DNA of 64,000 nucleotides from Massalongia carnosa (Eukaryota): NCBI GenBank assembly GCA_965645245.1, contig OZ287085.1, positions 1,240,001 to 1,304,000 of the forward strand, read 5' to 3'. Shown piece by piece: positions 13,500 to 26,716 of this stretch (position 1 is its first letter; each line of letters starts with the position of its first letter). The notes under the pieces were generated by a model. It saw only the letters and a program-made list of their open reading frames with translations, ran no database searches and was not told where the DNA came from. The position numbers and the translations under genes were made by a program.

Positions 13500-14500
13500 A
13501 TAAAGCATACCTCACCCTCATCCTCACCCTCACTTACCATTTGCCCTTGCCTATAAGACAATCGGTGCAGAAAATATGTGATGAGGTGCGGAAAAAACAA
13601 TTAGATCAGGAGATTTTGTGCAATCAACAGCGAATACGCAATCCTAGATTGATAGATAGAAATGTTTTTACGCTACTCATTGGGAAAATTACACATCATG
13701 TCATTGGCCTCGTTTCAAGAGAACTCGATGCCGCCAAATCATTAGGAGAACGAATCCTTTCAATTGTCCCTGATGGTGGAAGCTGTGTTTATGATTGTGA
13801 ATTGCATTTAAGGTACGGTCTCCCATGCAAATGCTGGTTGTATAAATGCATCATCGACTCGGTCCCTATTCCCGTTTCCCTCATCCACCCCCGCTGGTTT
13901 TTTTATGGCCCACCTTATGCGGTCTCTTGGCAAATGACCTTCGATCTCGCTCGCGGATCGGAGCCCGAGGTCGAAAAGATCGTCGATAAGGTCGAAGGGA
14001 CGGGAAAGATTGAGGCGGATAAGGATGAGGTCGAGCTCGAAGAAGGCGTGTTGGGTGAGGATAGATTTCGCCGCGGGGGCCTTGATTTGCTACATTCTGT
14101 GGCATATCAATCTATTGACCTGCATCAATCAATAGAAGATTCTCATCGAAGGGAGGAGTACGCTCGCGAGCATGCTCACATTGTTGAAAAGTTCAATAAG
14201 AAATGGCAAAAGAAGGAGCTGGTAAGACCTCTCATCCCACCACATTCCCTGACGAAATTCGGCCCAAAGAAAACCTCATGTATAAGAAAGGAGGGAGTCG
14301 TCGACGTGCCTACACTGGTCGCGAGGCAGCTGAGGCTAGAGAAACCGAACAGCGACGTACTAGGCGAAGGGACTCTATTGAACAAGGGAGGAGGCTTAGA
14401 TATAATAGATTGCGTGCTGGGGCGACGATGAGGTTGAAGGTGAAACAGAAGATAAAACTCACGATGTTGCAAAGTTATTGCGCCCGGGTCGGCTAATATT
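13500..14500 (+). pseudogene. Mutator-like (MULE) transposase C-terminal fragment
   Basis: SWIM-like zinc finger CVYDC...YGLPCKC followed by LIHPRW, typical of fungal MULE transposases. Frameshifted near 14240; no termini identified. Confidence 0.6.
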
Positions 14501-14899
14501 GGGTACAATAGGTTTAGGAGAAAACTTAGTTATGGAGAGAATCGAAAACGCGCCTATCGTCTCCGACGACGATGACGAGGTGCAGTATATAAGCACTCAG
14601 CCCATTCTCGGTCGTTCTATGGGTCATATGCTTCCTTCAGATGACGATAATGATATTATTCTTACATCAGAAGCCTTGTCGGATTCGCTCGAAGATATTG
14701 ACGATGTGCTTGCCAAGCATAGTCAAAAAGCCCTACTTCAGGCAGCACCGACTTCATCTCTTTATAGTCTTAGTCAAAACGTGCGCGCCAGTCAAATTCT
14801 CCCTACTTCCTCTGCAACAACGCGAAGATCTCGGGGTGTGGCGAAGAAATCAAAGGCTCAGTTGGAGTTGGAATCTCAGCAAAGAGTCGAGAAATCAGT

Positions 14900-17800
14900 C
14901 AAACAGGCAGCTACACAAACGAACGAAATTTCGTCAACGTGGAAGATTGTGAACAGCAAGAAAAGAAAAATGCACAACGCGGGGCTCTCTGCCGACTCAT
15001 CACCGAGCTCTCCCCGAGGAGAACAAGTATCAACCTGGGCTAATATAGGCATTATAAATCCTGAAAACATGATCAAAGCCTTAAAAAAACGAGCGCTAGG
15101 TAGACCCCGCGCAGAATCCGTAGTAACGACAGGTACCCAGGTTACCCCAGTCACAGTGGTCGAAACCATGGAAATCCTATGAGGGACACAAAATCCCTCT
15201 CGATATTGCAGTATAATGTCAGAAATGACAGAGTGAGTACTATGATACCCCTCTTAGCAGACACAAACACCAAGGACTATGATATCATTGCAATACAGGA
15301 ACCGTGGCGCAACCCATCCGCCTCCACATCGCTCAGTTCACATCAAAGTGGCTTTCACCTTCTATACCGCCCAGGAGGCGACACCAGAGTGTGCTTCTAC
15401 ATCAACGACTCAATAGACACTGACAGCTGGGAAGTAGAATTTCCCTCGGCCGACATGTGCACGCTAAAAATAGAAATAGGCACCGAAGGCGTAGCGGAGG
15501 TGATCCATCTACATAACGTATACAATCCCTCTCCTGCCTCCTATTCGTCCACCGACAGCCCTTCTACTTTATCGACCGCTCGGAGTATGCTAACCGAAGA
15601 CGTGCATCATATCCTGCTTGGTGATTTCAATCTGCATCATCCATTTTGGAACGGTCCTTCAAGACCTGCTGCAGCTGATCAATTGTTAGAAATCATCGAT
15701 GAATTCAATCTCTCGCTATCATTGCCGAAGGGCACCGTAACATGGGAAGCAAGAAACACGTTTGGCACGATCGATCTAGTTTTCATGTCAGAACATCTAG
15801 TTGAAAGACTTGAACACTGCATGACCAGACCAGAATTAAATCAATCGTCCGATTACGTAGCGATATCAACCCGCATCCTACTCGGTAGCGAGCGCAACTA
15901 AAAAGTAAACGCAGGGCATGGAAACTTCTGAATTTAGAAAAATTAAGGGAAGCTGAGCGCCACGCACCTCCACCGACGTCTCCCCGCACACCTGTCGAGA
16001 TCGATACATACACAGAATCGATTCAAAACTTCCTACAAAATGTCATCATTGCAGCCGTTCCATGGGCGAAACCTAGCTAGCGAATATGCTAAGCCTTTCT
16101 GGACAGAAGAATGCAATATTGCCACCAAAGCCACACGAAAGTTACGCCGCATATGGTCTGACACGAGATCCAGCGGACTGGTCCAACTACATGAAATCTA
16201 ATGACAAGAAACAGAAAATTATCCAAAAAGCAAAGAGGACAAATTTTCGTCAAGAGATCAGTAAGGCTACCGAAACGCCTCAGGGTCTGTGGCGGCTAGC
16301 GAAATGGGTCAAAGACAAAAGTCACTCAGCTCGAGAAGTACCCAAAATGCCGACTTTAAAGTTCAATGATAAAATAGCAGACACGTTCAATGAGAAAGCC
16401 GAAATGCTGAAAAGCATTTTCTTTCCCGCACCACCACCGGCCGACTTAAGCGATACAGAAGGATCCTTCTATCCAGCATCGCCACGCTGTCCAATGATCA
16501 TCACCAGGTCAGAAGTGTCGAAGGCCCTGCATCGGCTCAAGCCCGATAAAGCACCGGGTCCTGACGGCATATCTAATAGAGTACTCAAGGCATGCGCGGA
16601 AAAACTTGTTGAATTATTAACACCTCTGTTTCAGGCGTGCGTTACACTTTCGTACCATCCCCGAGCCTTCAAAATGGCAAACACAATAGCATTAAGAAAA
16701 ATAGACAAAGGAAATTACACCACGCCGATGGCTTACCGACCAATTGCATTACTCAACACGCTCAGCAAAGTAATGGAATCTATCATAGGATCAAAAATAT
16801 CCTATTTAGCGGAAACACATCGGCTCCTACCCCACACGCAGATGGGAGCGAGAAAGGGCAGATCTACAGAATCACATCTGGAGTTACTAACCGAACAGGT
16901 TCACACAATTTGGGGACAAGGAAAAGATAAAGTAGCCACACTTTTAAGCATCGACGTCGCCGGCGCGTTTGATACAGTTTCACATCAAAGACTAACGCAC
17001 AATCTACGTAAAAGAAAAACCCCGAAATGGATTACTGATTGGTTAAACAGCTTTTTAAATGATCGTAGCACAACTCTAGCTATAAATCGAAAAGCGACTA
17101 GAAGATTCGTGGTGAGAACTGGCATACCACAGGGCTCTCCTCTCTCATCCATTCTTTATCTATTCTATAATGCAGACCTATTGGAAATATGTGAGCGACC
17201 AGGCACAAACACAAGTGCCATAGGATTTGTAGACGATGCCAACATTTTGACATACGGAAAAAGCACCGAAAATAATTGCAAGACTCTGGAGTCAATACAC
17301 AGACAATGCGAAAAGTAGGCTTCCCGACACGGATCTCTATTCGCTCTGACGAAGTACGAACTCATTCACTTGTCCAGAAATCCCAAAAGATTCAATATGG
17401 CTGCATCCATCAACATTGCAAGCACCGAAATTGAACCTAAAACGGACATTAGAGTCTTAGGCTTACAAATTGACACCAAATTGAAATGGGGACCGCACGT
17501 TCGCAAAACTCAAAAGAAAATGGTCAAACAATCCATGGCATTGACAAAAATCTCCACATCGACCTGGGTGCCACCTTCACCAAAGCAAGGCAAGTTTACA
17601 GCACCGTAGTGTGTCCGGTCATGACATACGGGTCAACCGTATGGCACATGCCCAAAGAAGTCAAAAAGTCAAAAACGTCAACGAGTAAGCTCTCCGTTAT
17701 GCAAAACAACTGCCTTCGCACCATAACCGGTGCCTTTAAAGCCACTCCCATTCCAGTTCTTGAAGCAGAGACATACATAGCACCCATAGATGTACACCTC

Positions 17801-18770
17801 GACACTTTACAGGCGCAGGCCAGACATCGACTCCGAGCCGGAGGTCAATCGAAGGTTATTTCTTCCGCATGCAGCAAAATATTTAACAAACTCCGAGGCA
17901 AGGCAGGTCGCAAACGCATTCAAAAATCCACTCCGGGAGAGCTGAAGCACACCTGGGCCAAAAACCTACTGATCGACGCAAAAATCGTTCAACCACCCAA
18001 AGCACACCCACCATGGTCCGACCCCCCCCCCCCAGGCATCTCCGTGAAGTCTCCGTAGCAGCGTTGGCTCGTCAAAAACAAATGCAGACAATTAAAGCAC
18101 GACAGCTGAAAGTCTGGAACGACTCGTGGAGCGCATATCAAAATCGCGTCAGCGAACCTTCCATAACGCAATCAGTCCTACTGAGCAAAAAACGACTGAG
18201 AATATACACGCTGCTAAAAAAGGCAGAGAGCGCCTTGACAACTCAGATCCGCACCGGCAAAGATCGGTCTAGCTGACTTCCTCTACCAGCGACGGGTCCC
18301 CGCCGTTACCTCACCGGCCTGCCCATGTGGCTGGCACAGACAAACTCCAGAACACGTAATTATGTTCTGTAGACTTATTGACAATAGAGAACAGATGTTT
18401 CGCGCCGCTGGCACGAACAACTATCAACAGCTAACCGAAACATCAAAAACTCTAAAGATATTAACTGCTTGGCTAATGAAAACAGGTCTACTGACCCAAT
18501 TCTCACTGGTATCTACACTATTGTACAATCAACAGTAGTTTCACTTCTTTTTTCCTTCCCATCTCACAAGGCGTCACAGTTCTCACAATATTTTCGCTCT
18601 GCGTCTCCTGTCCGACGTCGACCCGGTATCACATCGGACAGGTATCAAGGGATATGGTTTTTACACCTGAAAAAGGTTTTCCATGTAATATAACTTAGAT
18701 AGCTTTGCCCGCAGGGGCCGGCCTACTGCCGGTGACACATCGGAGTATGAATACATCATCATCATCATCA
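14900..18770 (+). mobile_element. Tad1-like LINE retrotransposon, 5'-truncated and disrupted
   Basis: ORF2 from 15179 has APE endonuclease (ILQYNV, AIQEPW, GDFNLHH, SSD), RT (KAPGPDG, YRPIALL, GIPQGSPLS, FVDD) and a C-terminal CPCG...H...C finger ending ~18538. Several stops and frameshifts, and a (CAT)n tail at 18754-18770. The 5' boundary is approximate and no TSD was found. Confidence 0.88.
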
Positions 18771-19120
18771 GATAACGCAATGATAGAAATCTATTCATTA
18801 TTTCGTTTCGTCACACTTCCTTTATAATATTTCAAATAAAAATAAAACTGTTTAATTTTTATTAAATAATTTTCATTTCAACTCGTTGCGCGACCTGTTA
18901 ATAAGCAATGATTTTTCATTTGCGAGAATTATCCGCAGGATAAATCACGTGACAACTCGTTTCTCTTTGCGTTTGCTTCAGCCTGTCGTGGCAAGACCCC
19001 TCGAGCTTTCATCGCCAGACTTCTTTCTTTTCACACTACGGACACGTCTTGTGGAAGCTGACTTGAGACCAACGAGCTGAGTTCGCGATGTTTTCGTCTG
19101 CCGCAAACGAGAAATAAAAT

Positions 19121-20492
19121 CTACTTCATGGCTGCTAATGCTTCCTCCTTGTGCTTTTTCAGATCAAAATCGAGAATGAATCCCCATCTTGATCCAAGTG
19201 CCACGCGAAGCTTGTCGGGATCCAATCCTGCTTCGGTGTCCATCCCACTCATGATACGACCGGTGACACTACTGGATGCCACGATCTGCTGCGTTCTTGG
19301 TCGCCGCACCCGATCATATGCTACCAACGCCGCTTCCAGTTGAGCCGGCCTTTTGACAGCGCTGAGCAGCGTGTCAAGTACCATAGCGTCCTCAATGGCT
19401 TGACCAGCGCCCGAACCCTGCCATGGGGTCATGGCGTGCGCTGCATCGCCCATCACGCAGACCCGGCCTTTCACATAGGTCGAAGCGTCCCTATGCTCCC
19501 ACTGGGAGAACGCCCGAGGCTCTGGGTCATCCAAGAGAAGCTAAACATTTCATTGTTAGTTTCCTCGGCACGAAGAGCGAACGGAGATCGGTACAACTCG
19601 CCTCGACCATACCCTTTGCTACCGGCCCATCATACCAAGTCGCGAATGAGTCATCGAGTATCCTGCGGTTAATCGCCTTTGTCCAATCATCAGAACCCCA
19701 AACTTCCGCGGCCACTGCGCCAATACATTGTACGGTCTTGCCATCGTCAAGAATATCGTGCATCATAAAACCTCCATCACCGATCCATCCATATTGGCGA
19801 TCTTCTTGGAAATATTCTTCCCCAAGGAGCTTCTTGGCCTTGTCAAAAGGGACGAGGGTACGACAGGTCCACCAACCAGCATATACAGCATTAACCGCCG
19901 CATTCTCAGAGCCGAGAATATATTGCCGTACATGGCCATGAACCCCGTCAGCGCCGATAATTGCATCTGTGGATGCTATGCTGCCATCCTTGAAATGAAG
20001 GAGTATTTCACCATGGCCGACATGTTCGATCTTGACCAGCTTTTTATTAACGTGCATGATATCTCGCGGCACAGCCCTGAGTAATTCTCGCAACAATGCG
20101 GCACGATGAACAATCAACGTAGGCTCCTTGTCTGCTAAGTCGAATATAAGTTTACTGGCATTAGGACCCGATCCCTGTATCATGAGATCAGCTCCTCAGC
20201 TTGACACTTGATCCGGTGGGAAACGTACTACAATCTGGCGTGTTGAGCGCATAGGCACAGCACCCGCCTTGTCAAGTGCTTCCCTAAGCTCAGGCCCGAT
20301 TTCTTCCAACGCACGCTGTGCATTTATAGATAACCCAACGGCAGCACCGAGCTCTGAAAACTCTGGTGCAGATTCATAAATATGCACCTCAATGTGAGGA
20401 TGCTTCATAAGGGCGCGAACCAGAGTAGCTCCTGCCAATCCTCCGCCAGTGATGGCGATACGGATTCGTTTTGATTCATGGGCGGCGTCCAT
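19121..20492 (-). CDS. FAD-dependent monooxygenase (salicylate hydroxylase-like, group A); exons 20492-20229, 20174-19602, 19540-19121
   Basis: GGGLAG dinucleotide-binding motif, GADGVHG and GDAAHAMTPWQGSGAGQAIED motifs. Introns 20228-20175 (GT-AG) and 19601-19541 (GC-AG with CTAAC branch site) give a continuous frame. Alternative start at 20507. Confidence 0.88.
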
Positions 20493-22161
20493 ATTGCGAT
20501 TCAGCATTCACTCTTACACCCTCTCTTCCCTGATGAGTAACGATAGGAGTTCTTTCAGGACTAATATATTTTAGCTTAAGAGACGAGGGGACTATATCAT
20601 GATTGGGATAATGATTCATCATGACTTGACACCTTACATCAACTGTCAGCGTTCGAAACGTGATGCGTTGAACATATTGTTTTGATTGGATTGTAACACA
20701 TAACTCAAATCATAATACAAGACGAGTATCGCTCATGATAGTGCTGCATATTCGAAATATATCCGTCACCAATGCATATAGTTGTCACTCTGCTGCAAGA
20801 TCAACTGAAGCTGACTGCAGACTAGAACATTCCCGACCTATATTGAAGCGTCTTTAGGTTCCGTTGCCAACTGCAATCCGGGTTGACTGTTACGAGCGTA
20901 GTGACTTTTTCTACGCCTCCCGGACGTTCGAGTCTTATGAATCCAATCCTACCCGATTCAACGAAACAGGCTTGCAATGCAAGTTGGATTCAACGGCGAA
21001 GGACGCTAAACGGAAAAGGACAGAGCTGAAATAGTTTTGAATATAAATCTGCGACTTGATCGCAGACAGCCTTTGAAAATAATCACCAGCCTCACGCCGT
21101 CGACGTTGGGAAACAAACGGGAAACTCAATGCAGTCATGAGGCACATGTAGCTTACATGATGCTCAGTAACCGAATGGCAGGATAAGATAGGTTTTATCG
21201 TAATCATCAAACTCTATATCCATTGCTTGCACCAAGGCTAACCGGCATCCTGCGTACACGCAGGTTAGGGAATCGTCTCGTTGCATGACTGTTAGCTTCA
21301 TCGCCCGCTCATCGGGATATTGCTCTGCAGGACTGGACTAGTTGCAAAGACCAATTGAGCTTCAAAGGATCAGTAGAGACAATACTGTGCAGCACTTAAA
21401 GATTTCGTAGCTCTTAAGAATGAAGATTTGTCTTTCGAGCACAGCCTGTTCTTGTCTAGCTGACTTATTGTGTCATTTTTGCATATGTGTAGTTTCTCGT
21501 GAGACTCGGAAGGTCTATTCACAGGGAAATCATCATCTGCTCGAATCTATCGTACATCAAGATCAACAATCAGCACGCACCTCAACGGTTCATCCGCCCC
21601 CAAAATCTGAGCCCGTGATCAGTGGCCTTCGCGGATTGGACTACATATCTCATTATCTCCTGGGGTAAGCTCGTGTTCAACGCTAGGCACTTCTTTTTCC
21701 CCTGAACAACACTGTCGGTGGTTGCCTAATTAGGGACTAGCGTGCATACCCGCGAACTACATGCGGTTGTGACACACACTAGATCTAATTATAAGTCCAG
21801 GTAAGGACCACGTTCGGTGCATGGAACCTGTGGCTTACAATTTCGATATTCTAGACTGTAAAATAACGCCCATGTTATAGTGCCCGTTACGCTAGACATG
21901 GACAGTTGGTAGTTACCGCTCACCACGTATGATACCCCTAACTTCAAACACAATGTACATTTCTACACCAATCAATTAGCGCAAGAACGACTCAAATTCT
22001 CAGGAGTGCAGTTTACGCTCTATCATTCTGCCGAACCCAAGTTGGCTAATCAGTGCAAATACAAAGCGATTGAACTAATCCCTAATCCTGTGATTGCTAA
22101 AACATCCCGTTCCTCCTTCCCAGTCTCATATCCCTGTCTTCACAACTTCAGCTGATAAGCT

Positions 22162-22361
22162 CTAATAGCACCTGGTGCTCACAGTCCCAACTGGCTCAGG
22201 ACCAATCTCGGCTTTGTCGCAAGCTTTACGGCATACTGTAAGCATTTCGAGAAACCGAAACTACTCCGATGTGGTGTCTTACTGTGTGGAACGGGAGCAG
22301 CTAAAGCAAGACCACATATAGCGATGGCGGTACCAACATAGAGGATATGGAAGAATTGCAT
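22162..22361 (-). CDS. Small secreted peptide, candidate RiPP precursor (46 aa): MQFFHILYVGTAIAICGLALAAPVPHTCDKAEIGPEPVGTVSTRCY
   Basis: ATG at 22361 and a hydrophobic signal peptide ending A-L-A. GTAAGA donor at 22282, CTTAC branch-like site, AAG acceptor at 22224 (an alternative CAG at 22236 keeps the same frame), TAG at 22164-22162. TATAAA lies ~120 nt upstream. Confidence 0.7.
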
Positions 22362-22480
22362 GTTGTGAAGGCGAGGCTTAATTTGACGATCACAGCTATG
22401 TGGTGTTGTAACGAAGGTATTAGAATATCTGGGCAAGGAAGGCTGTTGATATTCTCTCGGAATGCGGGAATCTCCAGATA

Positions 22481-22486
22481 TTTATA
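22481..22486 (-). promoter_or_regulatory. Putative TATA box of the peptide gene
   Basis: TATAAA on the minus strand 120 nt upstream of ATG 22361, inside the divergent intergenic region. Confidence 0.4.
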
Positions 22487-22947
22487 TCTCCAAATTATTC
22501 AATGACGATCAGTCAGGCTTTGCGCTGGTTCGATCAAGGGCTCCTTATTACGACAGTCGAAGTACATCGACATGGTTAGAATCTGTGTCGTATAGGTAAG
22601 TATGGATGATAAGCACTGTGACTCTACTAGACATCAAGCCATGGTTCATCGCTCGGATCTAGAGGACTGCAATAGCTGAAGCATATGCACGAACCGCACA
22701 ATCCGCGCGTTATGCGGCGCCACAGAATATCCGGTGAAGCTTTCAGTTTGATTGGCCTTGTTTTTGAGTCACGCAGCCGGGTTAGGTATCACGATATTGA
22801 AGTATTCCCCGATTCTTTAGTTCAATATCGCTGTGCCGTGATCCGCTCGAACGTTCGATAGTGTTCTTGCTCCCGGAATTCGGTTTTTCCCAGAGAGATC
22901 TATCGGGCAACTTCAAAAACACTGTTAGCCCGTCCTCGATGAATATA

Positions 22948-24028
22948 ATGGAGATTGAAAAACAACTTCTGTTAGAGCAGCATGGCTCTTCAGAGGTAGA
23001 AGTTGATCACTACGTTGAGGCCGAGCATCATGCTTCAAGGTGGCCTCTTCATGTGTTGCAGATACACACGAAAAGGTCTTCTTGGTTTCGAAACGGATGG
23101 CCCTTCACGATAATCATCATCTCACTCGTCTTCACGGCTGGACTCATCATTGGCATTGCAGTTGCTCCAGTAAATCATCCTCCTCATAGCATTTCCTTTT
23201 GTAAGTTCGGTCTATGTCCACTCCACCTGAAGCATAGATCATCGAGGTCTTACAGGAAAACAGCACCAGCACAAAGTGCCGTGCGATATGAACAGCAGAG
23301 CACACACCCTACGGACCATCACCTTTACAGTTCTTACTCTGGCCCGCCAACTGACCAACAGACCAAAGCATGGGAGAGACTTCTGGAGCGTTCGTGCGCA
23401 TGCTTCACCCTCCTGTTGCTCGATTGACTGACATCTAATCCAGCAGTGATGATCGGAGTATCTTACAAGGAAATGGCTCTCGCCGATGAGGACCCAGATT
23501 CTTCGATACAGCTGTCTTCTGGGGGTTATCTCGCGTCTCTGAGTGTCTACCATGACCTTCACTGTCTTGTAAGCGCCGACTGGCACTCGTGTACTGGTCA
23601 TTGCGCTCATCTTCATGGGTAGCGTCGTATCCGCTTTTTCATTTATCAAGATTACTATTATCCCAACATCACCACTCAAGAACGCATATACGAAAAGGGT
23701 CATATCGGTACACCATCCCCGTCGTTCAATTCTTTTTCTTTGTTTATTCCTCGAATCCTCCAACCTCGAAAAGCTAACGACTCGATCGCCTTGCCTAGAC
23801 CACTGTCTCGAATCTCTCCGCCTCTCCATTATGTGCAGCGGCGAAATCGGCCTTTATACCTTCACCTGGAAACCCAATGTTACTAAAGCAACTACAAAGT
23901 CCAATTTTGCGAGGCAGTGTGTCAACTGGAACGCTCTTGAGGGCTGGACGCGAGGGCGATCGGTTGGCATCGATCCACTTTTGAAACCACGACCTGATTC
24001 GTTGAAGGCGCGTCAGGAAGACGATTAG
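22948..24028 (+). CDS. UstYa-like / DUF3328 oxidase; exons 22948-23200, 23264-23389, 23444-23568, 23623-23707, 23799-24028
   Basis: N-terminal TM helix, then SPAQSAVRYE, YSGPP...AWERLL, GGYLASLSVYHDLHCL and HIDHCLESLRLSIMC (two HXXHC motifs), and RQCVNWNALEGW. All four introns are GT-AG and restore the frame. Alternative start at 22939. Confidence 0.92.
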
Positions 24029-25202
24029 AAGCTTTACGATTTATTCGGCGTTTGACACTGCAGATCCAGTTTCAAATATGAACGAATCTCGCTATGTTCA
24101 ATGTGCATTTTCAGGATGAGTGAGATGCTGCTGTCGAGAAACTCAACACAAGATTCCGAACCGTTTCAACCAGTGACTCGAGAAGACGCACACGATAATT
24201 GTTCAAGACTTAGCTTTTACGATTAGAGTGTATAGGCACGCGTTTCGGGCGCTATCAACATGCATGCATTTCCCATTGAATAACCAAACCAAAATACTTC
24301 CGTTGTTATTTTTACACGAAGCATTAGTGTTGATTCTCGAGCGCATTGCGCAAGACGATCAACGACTTCGATTGTTCGTGAAGCAAGCGGTACAGAGTAA
24401 CATAAGTAAGCGTCCTTCACGAAATCATCTATCATATGGTCCAGCCTCCAGCTTGCATGCAGCGAGACTCCTGCCCCTGAATCCTTCCAAGTATGTATGC
24501 AGCAGCTGTGCGTCTTGACTCCACCAAACACAGTCCCAAAAGCGCCCCCAACGGTCCGGTCCGATGATTACGGAGTACTCCGTACATTAGCCGTATACCC
24601 GACCGCGAACTTGACATCTTACTATAATCAGAATAAATCTTATTCAAGGTTATGCATGATTGACATGCGAGTCAACATGCATGTGTTTTTTGCATGCGCG
24701 CATGACGCCATGATGATCGATCATCGAATGATTGATACACAGCCTGCAGCCAGCGTCGCAACGCTCGAATCGCTAACGCACATCTCGACCGCGGTTGCAT
24801 GAAAACATTAGCACTTGTCGACGCGCGGAATGGAATGGCCCTGTTTTCTGGCTGCATCCATGTCAATGCTGATCACTGAATGTAGACTGCAAGCAGTCAG
24901 CTTGCTACCCTATCAACGTCGTTCGTCCATCGTGGCCATGGATTGATTGGATACGACCTGCAGTGTAACCTGAGGGAAATCCAGACCTCCAAGGAGCGGT
25001 CCCTGTCGTCGAGCTTTTCGCAAGACGATGGGAATGTTGTAGTCCGTAAACGAAACTCGCACCTCAGGTCTGGATATTTTTAAAACATCGCCGTTTTCCT
25101 TCTCGCCGTGGCCCAAAATCGTTACTCCTCGTCCTTTGTATGCGGGCCTTCATCCTGCAAAGTCCATCAGGATAATCGTCGCTCTGTGAGCAGTACTTCG
25201 TC

Positions 25203-26716
25203 ATGTCGGATCATAAGCCTGCCTCGGTGATTGCTATCGGCGCGGTGATGCCCACGGTGGGCGCTCTAGCTGTTGCGTTGCGCTTCCACGTGCGCAGGAA
25301 ATATCGTCAGTCGATGCTTGTCGACGACTGGATCCTCATTCCTGCTGCGGTGTGTTCCTACTTTGCCACTTCGTTCGGCCTAAGGCTTACTGATAGAATC
25401 GGTAGCTGCTCACGATTGGAATGGGAGCGAGCTTGATCGCTGGTGAGTGATTTTTGGTTGATTGATCTTTGAAGAGAACTGAGCGCGAGCTAACGTGTGA
25501 AAGGGGTCCGTCTTCATGCATTGGGTTATCCCACGCCAAGGACTGGAGAAAATCCACTCACACAGACCAACTCGGCCATCACGATAACTTCGCAGGTGTG
25601 TCGTTCGTTGTTCTGCGTTGCTCGTCACGACACGGTCTTAACGCTGAAGGCAGATTGAATGGGCCTTTCAAATGATGCAAGTCATCGCTCTCGGTTGCGT
25701 CAAGCTGAGCTTCCTCTTCTTCTATCGCCGGATCTTCGTATGCAGGACGTCAACGTTCTTCAGCCGGACACTATGGGTTTTGATCGCCTTGGTATCCGCC
25801 TGGACAATAACCTTCTTCTTTGCTTTGCTTCTTGCATGCAAAGGGGACTGGTCAGCTTGGTGGGGATCCGTTCTGGATCTTTCCACCAAATGCGTCAAAA
25901 CATTGAAGCTTGAACTCGCCCTTGTCACGACGGACTTCATAGCCGACGTTCTGATCGTGATAGTGCCGATACCAAAGGTGACGAGTCTGTTTCCTTGACT
26001 GAGATATAACTGACCGGTTTTAGATCTGGAGTCTTCAGATGTCGAGAGGCCGAAAACTGGCTGTCAGTGGAGTATTCCTCCTAGGTCTCGTGTCAGTTAT
26101 ACCTCCCAGCTGGTTTGTCCTGGGAAGACATCACGACTGACCCGTCGAAGCGCTGTCGCCGCATCTGTAGTGAGGATGAACCAATTCATTCAGGTGATAA
26201 CCGGTAAGTACCTGCCGAAGCCTTTTTTCATATCAGTTTTGAAGCTCACCACAAAAAGTCGGATTTAGCCCCACTTCAGATGAAGATCGTAGGCCGCACT
26301 CTCTCCCCTAGACCAGACGGGTTCTGATGATCATCGTAGTCTCGTTGACGTCAAACCTTTACTGGAGCATGGTCGAGTCGGGTATCGGACTTATTGCAGT
26401 CTGCCTTCCAACCTACCGCCTGCTCTTCAGCCAATTCTCCGTCCAGGTTCTACTAGACAGCGTTCGCAGCGTGTTTTCGTTGCGCTCCCAGCCTTCTCAG
26501 CTTTCGCGAGACGCACCAGCCATCGAGTTGCCGGTCAAGAAGCACCGGAAGGGTCAATGGTCATCGGTATTCTCCGCACGCGATCCTAATCCTCAGACGA
26601 CGACCTGTCAGCCATCGTACTCGAACGAACGATTGAGCGGGGTCGAAGATAGCCGCTCTACAGACGACGTTATTCTCGTCAAAAACACGTTCCATTATCA
26701 TGAAGATCTGGTGTGA
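25203..26716 (+). CDS. PTH11-like (fungal rhodopsin-domain) integral membrane protein, ~8 exons
   Basis: VALRFHVR...DDW, GCVKLSFLFFYRRIF, DFIADVLIVIVPIPKIWSLQMSRGRKLAV and WSMVESGIGLIAVCLP motifs. GT-AG introns (e.g. 25350-25405, 25443-25503, 25596-25653, 25978-26023) join these in frame. Confidence 0.87.

Noticed and set aside
22179..22436. 85-aa ORF-track product
   Set aside because: It starts at a non-ATG codon and reads through a likely intron. It is replaced by the spliced 46-aa model.
24228..24518. Possible extra gene between UstYa and the PTH11-like gene
   Set aside because: No recognisable motif, and no coherent exon chain could be built.
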